A DNA stretch of 64,000 nt from an uncultured Acidobacteriota bacterium (lineage in GTDB: Bacteria > Acidobacteriota > Thermoanaerobaculia > Gp7-AA8), in NCBI GenBank assembly GCA_963822445.1, contig CAWGHO010000001.1, forward strand, positions 256,001-320,000, in the 5' to 3' direction. The position numbers were made by a program, and so were the translations under genes. This document shows positions 22,401 to 32,584 of the stretch, one piece after another (positions within the stretch are counted from its first letter, which is position 1; each line of letters starts with the position of its first letter). Below the pieces are notes generated by a model. It ran no database searches. It had not been told where the DNA came from and saw only the letters and a program-made list of their open reading frames with translations.

Positions 22401-23929
22401 CCGCAGCCAGCGCCGGGCCGCTGCTGGAGATGCGCGGCATCTCCAAACGATTTCCGGGAGTGCTCGCGCTCGACGGCGTCACCTTCGACCTGCGCCCAGG
22501 CGAGATTCACGCGCTGGTCGGTGAGAACGGCGCCGGGAAGTCGACGCTGATCAAGATTCTCGGCGGCGTCTATCCCGCCGGCACCTTCGACGGCGAGACG
22601 ATCGTCGACGGACAACATCGCCGCTTTCTCGGCGTGCGCGACTCCGAGGAAGCCGGGATCGCCGTCGTGCACCAGGAGCTGTCCCTGGTCCCGGAGTTCT
22701 CGATCGCCGAGAACATTTTCCTGGGCCGCGAGCCCCGCCGCTTCGGCTTCATTCAGAACGAAGACCTGTACAGCGCGGCCCAGCGGTTGCTCGACGCGCT
22801 GCAATTGCGGCTCGAGCCGCACGTGCCCGTGGGGCACCTGGGCATCGGCCAGCAGCACCTCGTCGAGATCGCCAAGGCCCTGTCGCGCAACGCCCGCATC
22901 CTGGTCCTGGACGAGCCGACAGCAGCCCTCACCGACTCGGAGGCGGAGGTTCTGTTCGGCATCCTCGAGCGGCTGCGCGAGCGAGGCGTGGGAATGATCT
23001 ACATCTCACACAAGCTCGGAGAAGTGTTCCGTCTCGCGGATCGCATCACCGTTCTGCGCGACGGCGCGGCGGTCAGCACGGATGCCACGAACACGCTCGA
23101 GCCGCAGCAGGTCATCGCGCGGATGGTCGGCCGGAACGTGAGCGATCTGTTCCCCGCAACGCACCGCCAGCCGGGGCAGGTTGCCTTCGAGGCCCGCAAC
23201 GTCACCGTCGAAGATCCGAACGTGCCCGGCAAGCTGTTCGTCGACGACGTGAGCTTCAGCGTGCGGCGCGGCGAGGTCCTGGGCATCGCCGGCCTCGTCG
23301 GAGCGGGACGCAGTGAGTTGATGATGGCCCTGTTCGGAGCGCATTCCGGCCGGAAGACGGGCGCTGTGTCGGTCGACGGCAAGCGCGTAATCATCCGCAC
23401 TCCTGCCGACGCGATTCGCCTTGGAATCGGCTTCGTCACCGAGGATCGGAAGCGCTTCGGCCTGTTGCTCGAGCAGGCCATCGTCGAGAACCTCAGTCTC
23501 GCCGCTTTGAAACGCATCAGCGGGCCGTTTGTGACAGACGTCGATGCCGAGGCCGCGGCCGCGCAGCGCTCGATGAGCGAGCTCCGCATCCGGGCCCAGT
23601 CCGCGTTCACCGTGACGGGCACGCTCTCCGGCGGCAACCAGCAGAAGGTGGTGCTGGGCAAATGGCTGCTGACCAATCCGAGAGTGCTCTTTCTCGACGA
23701 GCCGACGCGCGGCATCGACGTCGGCGCGAAGCAGGAGATCTACGCGGAGATCAACCGCCTGGCCGCGGAGGGTCTGGCCATCGTGCTGGTCTCGTCGGAA
23801 CTGCCCGAGGTGCTGGGCCTCTCCGATCGGGTGCTCGTCCTGCGGGAGGGGAAACTTACCGGCGAATTCACGCGTGCCGAGGCCACCGCGGAGTCGGTGA
23901 TGGCCTGCGCGACGGGGCATGCGGCATGA
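22397..23929 (+). CDS. xylG: Sugar ABC transporter ATP-binding protein (two ABC domains)
   Basis: GENGAGKST, LDEPT twice, LSGGNQQK. Confidence 0.9.
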   Translation: MTAASAGPLLEMRGISKRFPGVLALDGVTFDLRPGEIHALVGENGAGKSTLIKILGGVYPAGTFDGETIVDGQHRRFLGVRDSEEAGIAVVHQELSLVPEFSIAENIFLGREPRRFGFIQNEDLYSAAQRLLDALQLRLEPHVPVGHLGIGQQHLVEIAKALSRNARILVLDEPTAALTDSEAEVLFGILERLRERGVGMIYISHKLGEVFRLADRITVLRDGAAVSTDATNTLEPQQVIARMVGRNVSDLFPATHRQPGQVAFEARNVTVEDPNVPGKLFVDDVSFSVRRGEVLGIAGLVGAGRSELMMALFGAHSGRKTGAVSVDGKRVIIRTPADAIRLGIGFVTEDRKRFGLLLEQAIVENLSLAALKRISGPFVTDVDAEAAAAQRSMSELRIRAQSAFTVTGTLSGGNQQKVVLGKWLLTNPRVLFLDEPTRGIDVGAKQEIYAEINRLAAEGLAIVLVSSELPEVLGLSDRVLVLREGKLTGEFTRAEATAESVMACATGHAA

Positions 23930-25062
23930 GGCGGCCCTCCACCGAAGCGCTCCGCGCGTACTCAATGGTCATCGCCCTCATCGCCATCTGGATCTTCTTC
24001 CAGGTCAAGACCGTCAGCGAGGTTTATCCGTTCGGCCTGTTCCTGCACCCGGTCAATCTCGCGAATCTCCTCAAGCAGATGTCCGTCACCGGCGTGCTGG
24101 CGGTGGGCATGCTGCTGGTGATCGTGGCCCGTCAGATCGATCTCTCCGTCGGCTCGCTCCTCGGTCTGGCCGGCGGCATCGCCGCCATGACCCAGGGAGC
24201 CGGCCTGATTCCATCGCTCGGCGTGGCGATCCTCATCGGCGCGCTGGCGGGCGCGTTTCAAGGGGCGCTCGTTGCCTACGCGAACATCCCCGCGTTCATC
24301 GTGACGCTGGGAGGACTGCTCACCTGGCGCGGCGTGATCCTCTACCTCAGCAAGGGGGAAACGATCCCCGTCCGCCTTCCTGTCTTCCGGCTGCTCGGCG
24401 TGGCTTTGATCACGCCGGCGTCGGGGATTGCGCTGGCGGTGGTGGCCATCGTGGCGCTGGTGTGGCTGACGATCCGTCGCAACCGGGCCCGCCGCCGTCA
24501 CGGTCTTCCGGTGGCATCCACCGCCGCAACTGTCGCCGGCATCGCCGTGCCGTCGCTGTTGATCGTTCTGTTCATCCACTGGATGAACATTCAGGGCGGC
24601 GTGCCGCTGCCGGTGATCGTGATGGTGGTCGTTGCCGTCGCCGGAGGCGTGCTCACGCAGAAGACGACGTTCGGGCGCTATCTGTACGCAATCGGCGGCA
24701 ATCCCGACGCGGCCCGCTTGTCCGGCGTGAGCTCGCGCAAGCACATCCTCATCGCCTTCGCCTTGCTCGGTGCACTCGTCGGAGTGGCATCCCTGCTCCA
24801 CACCGGAAGAGTGGGGAGCGCCTCGCCCGACGCGGGATCGCTGATGGAGCTGGATGCGATCGCCGCGTGCGTGATCGGGGGCACGAGTCTGATGGGAGGG
24901 CGAGGCAAAGTGTCCGGCGCGCTCCTCGGCGCGCTGGTCATGGCCAGTCTCGACAACGGCATGTCGCTGCTGAGCGTGGAGAACGCGACGCAGTACATCA
25001 TCAAGGGAGCGGTGCTCGTGGCCGCGGTCGGATTCGACATGGCGGGACGAAAGAAGAGCTGA
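23926..25062 (+). CDS. xylH: Sugar ABC transporter permease
   Basis: IDLSVGS, IPAFIVTLGG, YAIGGNPDAARLSG, ELDAIAACVIGGTS. Confidence 0.9.
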   Translation: MRRPSTEALRAYSMVIALIAIWIFFQVKTVSEVYPFGLFLHPVNLANLLKQMSVTGVLAVGMLLVIVARQIDLSVGSLLGLAGGIAAMTQGAGLIPSLGVAILIGALAGAFQGALVAYANIPAFIVTLGGLLTWRGVILYLSKGETIPVRLPVFRLLGVALITPASGIALAVVAIVALVWLTIRRNRARRRHGLPVASTAATVAGIAVPSLLIVLFIHWMNIQGGVPLPVIVMVVVAVAGGVLTQKTTFGRYLYAIGGNPDAARLSGVSSRKHILIAFALLGALVGVASLLHTGRVGSASPDAGSLMELDAIAACVIGGTSLMGGRGKVSGALLGALVMASLDNGMSLLSVENATQYIIKGAVLVAAVGFDMAGRKKS

Positions 25063-25077
25063 GACGAAGGAGAAGCG

Positions 25078-26592
25078 ATGCCGAGCGGACTGTCACGGCG
25101 CGACGCACTGTACGTTCTGGGCGGCACCCTGGCCGGCCTCCCCTTTCTTCGTTCCACGGCTCAGGACCACTCCAACCCCAACATCGTCTTCATCATGACC
25201 GACGACCAGCGTCAGGACTCGATGAGCGCCTATGGCAACAAAGTCCTGCGCACCCCGAACATGGATCGCATCGCCGCCGAAGGGATGCGTTTCACGGAGA
25301 TGTTCGTCACGAGCTCGCTCTGCGCTCCGAGCAGGGTCTCGTATCTCACCGGTCTGTATTCGCACGCTCACGGCGTGGTGACCAACGGCGACGGTCCGCA
25401 GTTCTACAACGGGCCGGGGATCCGCGAAGACCAGCCCACGTTCGTGGAGCTGTTGCGGCGGGCCGGCTACTACACGGGACTGGTCGGGAAATGGCACCTC
25501 AAGTCGATGCCCACCGGCTTCGACGAGTGGGTGATCTTTCCATGGCAGGGGGAGTACAACGATCCCGATCTCATTTCGAAGGGCACGCATCTCAAGATGC
25601 GTGGACACGCCGACGACGTGGTCGGCGATCAGGCCCTGGAGTTCCTGAAACACCGCCCGCGCAATCGCCCCTTCTGCCTGCTGTATCAGTTCAAATCACC
25701 ACACCGGAGCTGGGTTCCGGCGAAGCGCCACGAGCGGGCCTTCGAAAACGTGGAGATCCCGCTGCCGAGGACGTTCGAGGAGAAGCTGGACGGAAAACCG
25801 GAGGCGGTGCGCGCGGCGGAAATGGCTCTCGCCGATCTGCCCGACTACCGCGACCGCGTGCCGGCTGATCTGCCTCGTGAAGAGCGGAAACGCCGCAACT
25901 ACGAACTGATGGTGAAGAACTACTACCGCGTTCTGCTTTCCGTCGACGAGAACGTGGGACGCGTGCTCGAGCTCCTCGATCAGAACGGCCTGAGCGAGAA
26001 CACCATCGTGGTCTACACCTCGGACAACGGATTTTTCCTCGGCGAGCACGGCCTGTACGACAAGCGGCTGATGTACGAGCCGTCCATCCGCGTCCCGATG
26101 GCCATTCGCTATCCGGCGCGGATCCGTCCGGCGGTCGACACCACGCACATGGTGCTGAACGTCGACGTCGCGCCCACTCTGCTGCAGCTGGCTGGCGTTC
26201 CGGTGCCGCTCGGCCTGCACGGTCGGAGCATGGTTCCGCTTCTTCTCGGCGCCGACGTGCCCTGGCGCGACGCGTTTCTCTACGAGTACTTCGAGTATCC
26301 GGCCGGACACTGCGCGCGGAAGAACCGCGGCATCCGCACCGACCGGTGGAAGCTCATTCATTTCTTCGAGCAGCCGCAGGAATGGGAGCTGTACGACCTG
26401 AAGGCCGACCCGGAGGAGACGAAAAACCTCGCCGCCGATCCCCGCCACGCCGGAACCTTGACGGCGCTGAAGACCAGGATGGTCGAGCTGCGGCGCGAGC
26501 TTGGCGACGTCGACCCTCCCGGGCCCGCTCCGGTTGCGCCTCGCTGCAAGGATGGTCACATGGATGGCTATCCGGGGAAGCGGACGAGATGA
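25078..26592 (+). CDS. Tat-exported formylglycine-type sulfatase
   Basis: SRRDAL Tat motif, IMTDDQR, CAPSR, GKWHL, SDNGFFLGEHG, DKR. Confidence 0.93.
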   Translation: MPSGLSRRDALYVLGGTLAGLPFLRSTAQDHSNPNIVFIMTDDQRQDSMSAYGNKVLRTPNMDRIAAEGMRFTEMFVTSSLCAPSRVSYLTGLYSHAHGVVTNGDGPQFYNGPGIREDQPTFVELLRRAGYYTGLVGKWHLKSMPTGFDEWVIFPWQGEYNDPDLISKGTHLKMRGHADDVVGDQALEFLKHRPRNRPFCLLYQFKSPHRSWVPAKRHERAFENVEIPLPRTFEEKLDGKPEAVRAAEMALADLPDYRDRVPADLPREERKRRNYELMVKNYYRVLLSVDENVGRVLELLDQNGLSENTIVVYTSDNGFFLGEHGLYDKRLMYEPSIRVPMAIRYPARIRPAVDTTHMVLNVDVAPTLLQLAGVPVPLGLHGRSMVPLLLGADVPWRDAFLYEYFEYPAGHCARKNRGIRTDRWKLIHFFEQPQEWELYDLKADPEETKNLAADPRHAGTLTALKTRMVELRRELGDVDPPGPAPVAPRCKDGHMDGYPGKRTR

Positions 26593-28856
26593 CACAGCCC
26601 CGCCATTCTGGACTGCGGCGGCATAGCCGCCGCTCTCACTCGTGGCAGCGAAGCTGCCGCGGCTTTGCCGCGGCGTGGAGAGCGGCAGCTCGCGCTGCCG
26701 CAGTCCAGAGTCTCGCGGCGATCTTCGTCCTCGCACCCGCTCTGTTCGCCCAGCAGCGAACGATCGACGAGCGCGTGGAGGAGCTGTTGTCGCGGATGAC
26801 GATCGAGGAGAAGCTCGGGCAGCTTCTTCAGTACACCCCTTCACGGCCGGAGATTCGAGAGTTGGTTGCGAAGGGAAGTGTCGGTTGTGTCTTCGGCGTC
26901 GGCGGCGCCACCGAGACCAATCCATTGCAACGCGCGGCGGTCGAAGAGTCACGCCTGAAGATTCCCATCCTCTTCGCCAACGACGTGATTCATGGATTCC
27001 GCACGATTTTTCCGATTCCTCCCGGCATCGCCAGCACGTGGGACCCGGACTCCGCGGAGCTCGCGGCGCGCGTCTCCGCCCGTGAGGCCAGCGCGGGAGG
27101 GACGAGGTGGACGTTCGCACCGATGGTGGACATCGCCCGCGATCCGCGCTGGGGACGCATCGCCGAAGGATCCGGCGAAGATCCGTATCTCGCCGGCGCC
27201 ATGGCCGCGGCGTGGGTGCGCGGCTTTCAGGGGAAGGATCTTTCCGCTCCCGACTCCATCCTGGCCTGCGCGAAACACTTTGCCGCATACGGCGCGGCCG
27301 AGGCAGGACGCGACTACAACGCCGTGGACATGTCCGAACGCACGCTCAGAGAGGTCTACCTGCCACCGTTCAAGGCCGCCGTCGACGCCGACGTGGCCAC
27401 GATCATGACCGCCTTCAACACGCTCAATGGCGTGCCGGCGACGGTCAGCGAGCATCTCCTCCAGACCATCCTTCGCGGCGAGTGGAAGTATCGCGGTTTC
27501 GTCGACAGCGACTACCAGGCCGTCGAGCAGCTCATCCCGCACGGCGTCGCCGCCACACCGCAGGAAGCCGCGCTGAAGGCGATCCGAGCCGGCGTGGACA
27601 TGAACATGATCGACGGAAGTTACGCCACGCTCGCGGAGGCCGTTGCCGAGGGGCGGCTGCCGATGGCTATCGTCGATCGCTCGGTGAGACGGGTGTTGCA
27701 CACCAAGTTCGCGCTGGGGCTGTTCGAGAAGCCGTATGCGGACGAATCGCGTGAGAAAGCCGTTCTCCTGGCCCGCGAGCATCTCGAAGCAGCGCGTCGC
27801 GTGGCCTCGAAATCGGTCGTGCTGCTGAAGAACGAGAACGAGCTGCTTCCGCTATCGAAAACGCTCGGGACCCTCGCCGTGATCGGACCGCTCTCCGACA
27901 GCCAGGTGGACATGCTCGGCTCGTGGCACGCCGCGGGGAAAGCGGAAGAGGCGGTGAGCGTACTCGATGGCATCCGCGCCAGCGTTTCGACGACGACGCG
28001 CGTGATCCACGCAAACGGGACGGACGTACGCGATGCGACGGACGCAGGGATCGCGGAGGCTGTCGTTGTTGCGAAGAGCTCCGACGTCGTGCTGCTCGTG
28101 CTCGGAGAAGCGGGAAAGATGAGCGGCGAAGCGAAATCGCGCGCGTATCTCGACCTTCCCGGCCGCCAGCAGGAACTGCTCGAGGCCATCGTCGCAGCCG
28201 GAAAACCGGTCGTCCTGATCGTGATGAGCGGCCGCCCGCTGACCATCCGCTGGGCGGCCGAGCACGTGCCGGCCATCCTCTGGCCCTGGTTCCCCGGCAC
28301 GCAGGCAGGCCGTGTCATCGCCGACGTTCTTTTCGGCGACGTCAATCCGAGCGGCAAGCTGCCCGTCACCATTCCTCGTACGGTCGGACAGATCCCGATC
28401 TACTACGCGAGCCTGCCGACGGGACGACCCGCAACGGAGAAGGAGTACACCAGCAAGTATCTCGACGTGCCGAACACGCCCCTCTACCCGTTCGGACACG
28501 GGCTCTCGTACACGAAGTTCGAGTATTCGGATCTGCGCGTCAGCGCGAAGTCGGGCACGGTCACCGTCTCAGCCGAGATCCACAACGCGGGTCGTCGAAC
28601 CGGCGACGAGATCGTGCAGCTCTACGTGAACGATCCCGTCGCGAGGATCTCGAGGCCGGTGAAAGAGCTGAAGGGATTCCAGCGCATCACGCTCGCACCC
28701 GGAGCGAGGAAGCGCGTGGAGTTCACCTTGCGTCGCGAGGATCTGCAGTACTGGTCCGAAAGCGGTTGGACCTTCGAGCCGGGCACGTTCAAGGTGTGGA
28801 TCGGCCCCAGCTCGGCGTCGGGTTTGGAGGGGTCATTCGACCTGCAGAGTCAGTGA
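26589..28856 (+). CDS. bglX: GH3 periplasmic beta-glucosidase
   Basis: DVIHG, RDPRWGRIAEGSGEDP, KHFAAYG, VDSDY, MSGEA, C-terminal FnIII-like domain. Confidence 0.92.
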   Translation: MTQPRHSGLRRHSRRSHSWQRSCRGFAAAWRAAARAAAVQSLAAIFVLAPALFAQQRTIDERVEELLSRMTIEEKLGQLLQYTPSRPEIRELVAKGSVGCVFGVGGATETNPLQRAAVEESRLKIPILFANDVIHGFRTIFPIPPGIASTWDPDSAELAARVSAREASAGGTRWTFAPMVDIARDPRWGRIAEGSGEDPYLAGAMAAAWVRGFQGKDLSAPDSILACAKHFAAYGAAEAGRDYNAVDMSERTLREVYLPPFKAAVDADVATIMTAFNTLNGVPATVSEHLLQTILRGEWKYRGFVDSDYQAVEQLIPHGVAATPQEAALKAIRAGVDMNMIDGSYATLAEAVAEGRLPMAIVDRSVRRVLHTKFALGLFEKPYADESREKAVLLAREHLEAARRVASKSVVLLKNENELLPLSKTLGTLAVIGPLSDSQVDMLGSWHAAGKAEEAVSVLDGIRASVSTTTRVIHANGTDVRDATDAGIAEAVVVAKSSDVVLLVLGEAGKMSGEAKSRAYLDLPGRQQELLEAIVAAGKPVVLIVMSGRPLTIRWAAEHVPAILWPWFPGTQAGRVIADVLFGDVNPSGKLPVTIPRTVGQIPIYYASLPTGRPATEKEYTSKYLDVPNTPLYPFGHGLSYTKFEYSDLRVSAKSGTVTVSAEIHNAGRRTGDEIVQLYVNDPVARISRPVKELKGFQRITLAPGARKRVEFTLRREDLQYWSESGWTFEPGTFKVWIGPSSASGLEGSFDLQSQ
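26607..26709. repeat. TGGA-type REP-like palindrome inside the GH3 N-terminal coding region
   Basis: 13-bp terminal inverted repeat tctggactgcggc / gccgcagtccaga with internal hairpins. Confidence 0.75.
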
Positions 28857-29704
28857 ATCGCGCCGATCTGAAGATCCGCCACGACAGGAAAGTGATCGGA
28901 TACGAAACCGCCGTCGTACGTGTCCGACAGGATGGCGTGCCGCAGGACCGCGATCGGGCCGCGCACGAAGATGAAGTCGATGCGCCGTCCGGCCTCGGTC
29001 GCTTTGAAGCCGTTCCAGGTTGCAGTCGGTCCGTGGTGCGGAGAGCGCGTCGCGTCGAATGCGTCGGTGAAGCCGGAACCGATGATGATGCGATTCGATT
29101 CGGATGCGGCGAGGTCGTTGAAGTCGCCGGTCAGAATGAGAGGCTGAGTGATTTGCTTCATCCTGTCCGCCAGCAGTCGCGCCCCTTCTCTTCGAGCCTG
29201 CTTGCCGATGTGATCGAGATGGGTGTTGAAGTGGAAGAACGTCACGCCGGAGAGCCGGTCCCGCACCCGTCCCCACGTCGCAATCCGCTCGTACGCCGCG
29301 TCCCATCCCTTGCTGCCTGGCACTTCCGGCGTTTCGCAGAGCCAGAACGTGTCCTGCTCGAGAACCTCCAGGCGGCTCTTGCGATAAAGGACGGCGCTCG
29401 CTTCACCGCGGAGATCGGTGGCGCGCCCGACCCCGAACCGGCCGTACCCGGGCAGGAGCGCGTCGAGATCTTCCAGCTGTTCGGGAAGAGCTTCCTGCAA
29501 GCCCACGAGGTCCGCGTCGTGAAAGCGGATCATGCTCGCCACCGCCTCTTTGCGATGCGGCCAGGCATTCGGTCCGTCGCTGGCGAGATTCAGGCGGATG
29601 TTGAACGTCATCACCCGCAGTGGAGCGACATCGGTGCGATGGGAAGCGCAGCCGCCGAGAAGAACGGCGAGGGTCGCGACGACGGCCCGAAGGGGAATGC
29701 TCAT
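28850..29704 (-). CDS. Endonuclease/exonuclease/phosphatase (EEP) family lipoprotein
   Basis: Lipobox LLGGC, VMTFNIR, GLQE, NTHLDH, TGDFN, RIDFIF, SDHFPV. Confidence 0.93.
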   Translation of the reverse strand: MSIPLRAVVATLAVLLGGCASHRTDVAPLRVMTFNIRLNLASDGPNAWPHRKEAVASMIRFHDADLVGLQEALPEQLEDLDALLPGYGRFGVGRATDLRGEASAVLYRKSRLEVLEQDTFWLCETPEVPGSKGWDAAYERIATWGRVRDRLSGVTFFHFNTHLDHIGKQARREGARLLADRMKQITQPLILTGDFNDLAASESNRIIIGSGFTDAFDATRSPHHGPTATWNGFKATEAGRRIDFIFVRGPIAVLRHAILSDTYDGGFVSDHFPVVADLQIGAIH

Positions 29705-31146
29705 GAAGAACATTTTTGTGGTGGCAATCCTGCTCATGTCTCCGGCGCTCGCCGCTCAGGATACGCCGCGCGGGCGTCGCAACATCGTCTACATCCTCAG
29801 CGACGATCACCGCTACGACTTCATGGGCTTCCACCCGAACGCGCCGGAGTTTCTGGAGACGCCAGCTCTCGATCGCATGGCTGCTGAGGGGGCACATGTT
29901 CGGAATGCGTTCGTGACGACGGCACTCTGCTCGCCGAGCCGGGCCTCCATCCTGACCGGGCGGTATGCGCACAGACATCTCGTGGTCGACAACAGCAGGG
30001 CCATCCGCGAGGAGGAGGTGTTCTTCCCCGAGCTCCTGCAGAAGGCCGGATATAGAACTGCCTTTCTGGGCAAGTGGCACATGGGCGGACACACCGACGA
30101 TCCGCAACCAGGATTCGATCGCTGGGTGAGCTTTCCCGGCCAGGGCGTCTATTTCGACCCCTCGCTGAACGTCGACGGAAAGCGTGTGCAGGCCAAGGGC
30201 TACACCACCGACGTCCTCACCGATTACGCCATCGACTTTCTGAAGCAGCAGAACGCGGACAAGCCGTTCATGCTCTACCTTTCCCACAAAGCGGTTCACG
30301 CCGAGTTCCATCCCGCTCCACGGCACCTCGACCGGTACGCAAACGCGAAGATCAAGTACCCGGTGACGATGGCCGACACGGAGCGCAATTACCGCGACAA
30401 ACCGAAGTGGGTGCGCGAGCAGCGCTACGGCTGGCACGGCGTCGATTACATGTACCGGCGACATGAACCTCGACACCGTCTACCGCCGCTACGCCGAGAC
30501 GCTGCTGGCACTCGACGAGAGCATCGGCCGCGTGCTGGAACAGCTCGAAAAGAGCGGCCTGGCGAAGAACACCATCCTCGTCTACATGGGCGACAACGGC
30601 TTCTCCCTCGGCGAGCACGGACTGATCGACAAGCGCCACGCCTACGAAGAGTCGATCCGCGTGCCGATGCTGGTGTGGGCGCCGGGGCTGGTCGCGCCGG
30701 GAACGAAGATCGATCCGATGATTCTGAATGTCGACATTGCTCCCACGCTCATGGACGCGGCGGGGCTGAAGCGACCCGAGTCCATGGATGGCCAGTCGTT
30801 TCTACCCTTGCTGGCCGGAAGAGCGGTGCCGGAGTGGCGGAAGTCGTTCGTCTACACCTACTACTGGGAGTACAACTATCCGCACACCCCGACGGTCTAC
30901 GCATTGCGCGAGGACCGCTACAAGTTCATGTTCTACCACGGCATCTGGGATCGAAATGAGCTCTACGATCTCGAGGCCGACCCGGCGGAGCGGACGAACC
31001 TGATCGGCAATCCCGAACACACCGCCCGGGTCACGGCGATGCAGAAGCGGCTCTTCGATTCCCTGGAATCGCTGAGCGCCGTGGATGTGAAGTTCCAGCG
31101 TCCCGTGCCGGGACAGCAGGACGAACGGTTGAACCATGCGCACTAG
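29703..31146 (+). CDS. Sec-exported sulfatase with one frameshift near 30457
   Basis: ILSDDHR, CSPSR, GKWH in the first frame. GDNGFSLGEHGLIDKR and ELYDL in the second frame (ORF 30463-31146). Confidence 0.88.
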
Positions 31147-31156
31147 GGAGGAGTCG

Positions 31157-32584
31157 ATGATTCAGACCCGCATCGCGATCGTGGTCACCGTGGTTCTGAT
31201 CTGCACCGCCGGTTGCCGCTCCGCATCCGCGCCGGCAGATGCTCCCCGGCTCGACGCGGCCACCACGGCTATGCTCGACGACGTCCAGAAGCGGACCTTT
31301 CTCTGGTTCTGGGAAACGTCGAACGCAGCCAACGGACTGGTGCAGGACCGCTGGCCGACCAAAGCATTCTCGAGCATCGCCTCGGTCGGATTCGGTCTGA
31401 CCGTCTATCCGGTCGGCGTCGAGCGCGGGTGGATCACGCGCGAGCAGGCCCGCCAGCGCGTGCTGACGACGCTGCAGTTCTTCGCGAACGCGCCGCAGGG
31501 GCCGGAAGCACAGGGCATGACCGGGTACAAGGGCTTCTTCTATCACTTCCTCGACATGGAGACCGGCCAGCGTTTCCAGACCACCGAGCTGTCCAGCATC
31601 GACACGACTCTGCTCCTGGCCGGCGTGCTTTTCTGCCAGAGCTACTTCGATCAGGATCACCCCGACGAAGCGCGCATCCGCGATCTCGCCGAACAGCTCT
31701 ACCGGGCCGCCGACTGGACGTACTTTCTGACCCGCCCGCCGCTGGTGTCGATGGCCTGGCGTCCAGAGCGCGGCTTCGGCACGCACGACTGGAGAGGCCT
31801 CAACGAAGGAGCGATTCTCTACGTCCTGGCCCTGGGATCGCCGACGCATCCCATCGACGCGAGCGCGTGGACTTCGTGGACCAGCACCTACCACTGGGGC
31901 GACTTCTACGGCTACGAGCATGTCAACTTCGGCCCGTTGTTCGGGCACCAATACTCCCACGTCTGGATCGATTTCCGCGGCATCCAGGACGAGTACCTGC
32001 GCGGAAAGGGAATCGATTTCTTCGAGAATTCGCGGCGGGCCACACTGTCGCAGCGCGCGTACGCGATCGCCAATCCCAATCGCTGGAAAGACTACGGGGA
32101 GAACGTCTGGGGACTGACGGCGTGCGATGGGCCGGGCGGTGGAAAAGCGGTGGTGGACGGGACGGAGCGGCAGTTCTTCGCATATGCCGCGCGGGCCGCG
32201 GCCGCGAAGGAGATCCGCGACGACGGAACGATCGCGCCGACGGCGGCCCTGGCCTCGATTCCTTTCGCGCCCGAAGTCGTGATTCCGGCGATGACCGAGA
32301 TGCAACGGCGCTACGGGGCGCGGCTCTATCAGCAGTACGGATTCGTCGATGCGTTCAACCCCAGCCTCACGACCAACCCCGGCTTCATTCGCAAGGGCAC
32401 GGTCGATCCGCAACTGGGCTGGTTCGACGTCGACTACCTCGGCATCGATCAGGGTCCCATCGTGCTCATGATCGAGAACTACAGAACGAACTTCGTCTGG
32501 AACGTGATGAAGAAGAATCCGCACGTCGTGCGCGGACTGCGCAAAGCCGGCTTCAGCGGAGGTTGGCTGGAGAAGGCTCCATGA
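31157..32584 (+). CDS. GH144-like (glucoamylase-like/DUF3131) endo-beta-1,2-glucanase lipoprotein
   Basis: GGAGG RBS, lipobox TAGC, SSIASVGFGL, GFFYHFLD, ELSSIDT, PLFGHQYSH, WGLTACDGP, LGIDQGP. Confidence 0.85.
   Translation: MIQTRIAIVVTVVLICTAGCRSASAPADAPRLDAATTAMLDDVQKRTFLWFWETSNAANGLVQDRWPTKAFSSIASVGFGLTVYPVGVERGWITREQARQRVLTTLQFFANAPQGPEAQGMTGYKGFFYHFLDMETGQRFQTTELSSIDTTLLLAGVLFCQSYFDQDHPDEARIRDLAEQLYRAADWTYFLTRPPLVSMAWRPERGFGTHDWRGLNEGAILYVLALGSPTHPIDASAWTSWTSTYHWGDFYGYEHVNFGPLFGHQYSHVWIDFRGIQDEYLRGKGIDFFENSRRATLSQRAYAIANPNRWKDYGENVWGLTACDGPGGGKAVVDGTERQFFAYAARAAAAKEIRDDGTIAPTAALASIPFAPEVVIPAMTEMQRRYGARLYQQYGFVDAFNPSLTTNPGFIRKGTVDPQLGWFDVDYLGIDQGPIVLMIENYRTNFVWNVMKKNPHVVRGLRKAGFSGGWLEKAP

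Noticed and set aside
31213-32580. N-terminal 456 aa of the 1462-aa ORF
   Set aside because: Arg/Pro-rich off-frame overlap with GH144. The real start is ATG 32581 with a signal peptide.
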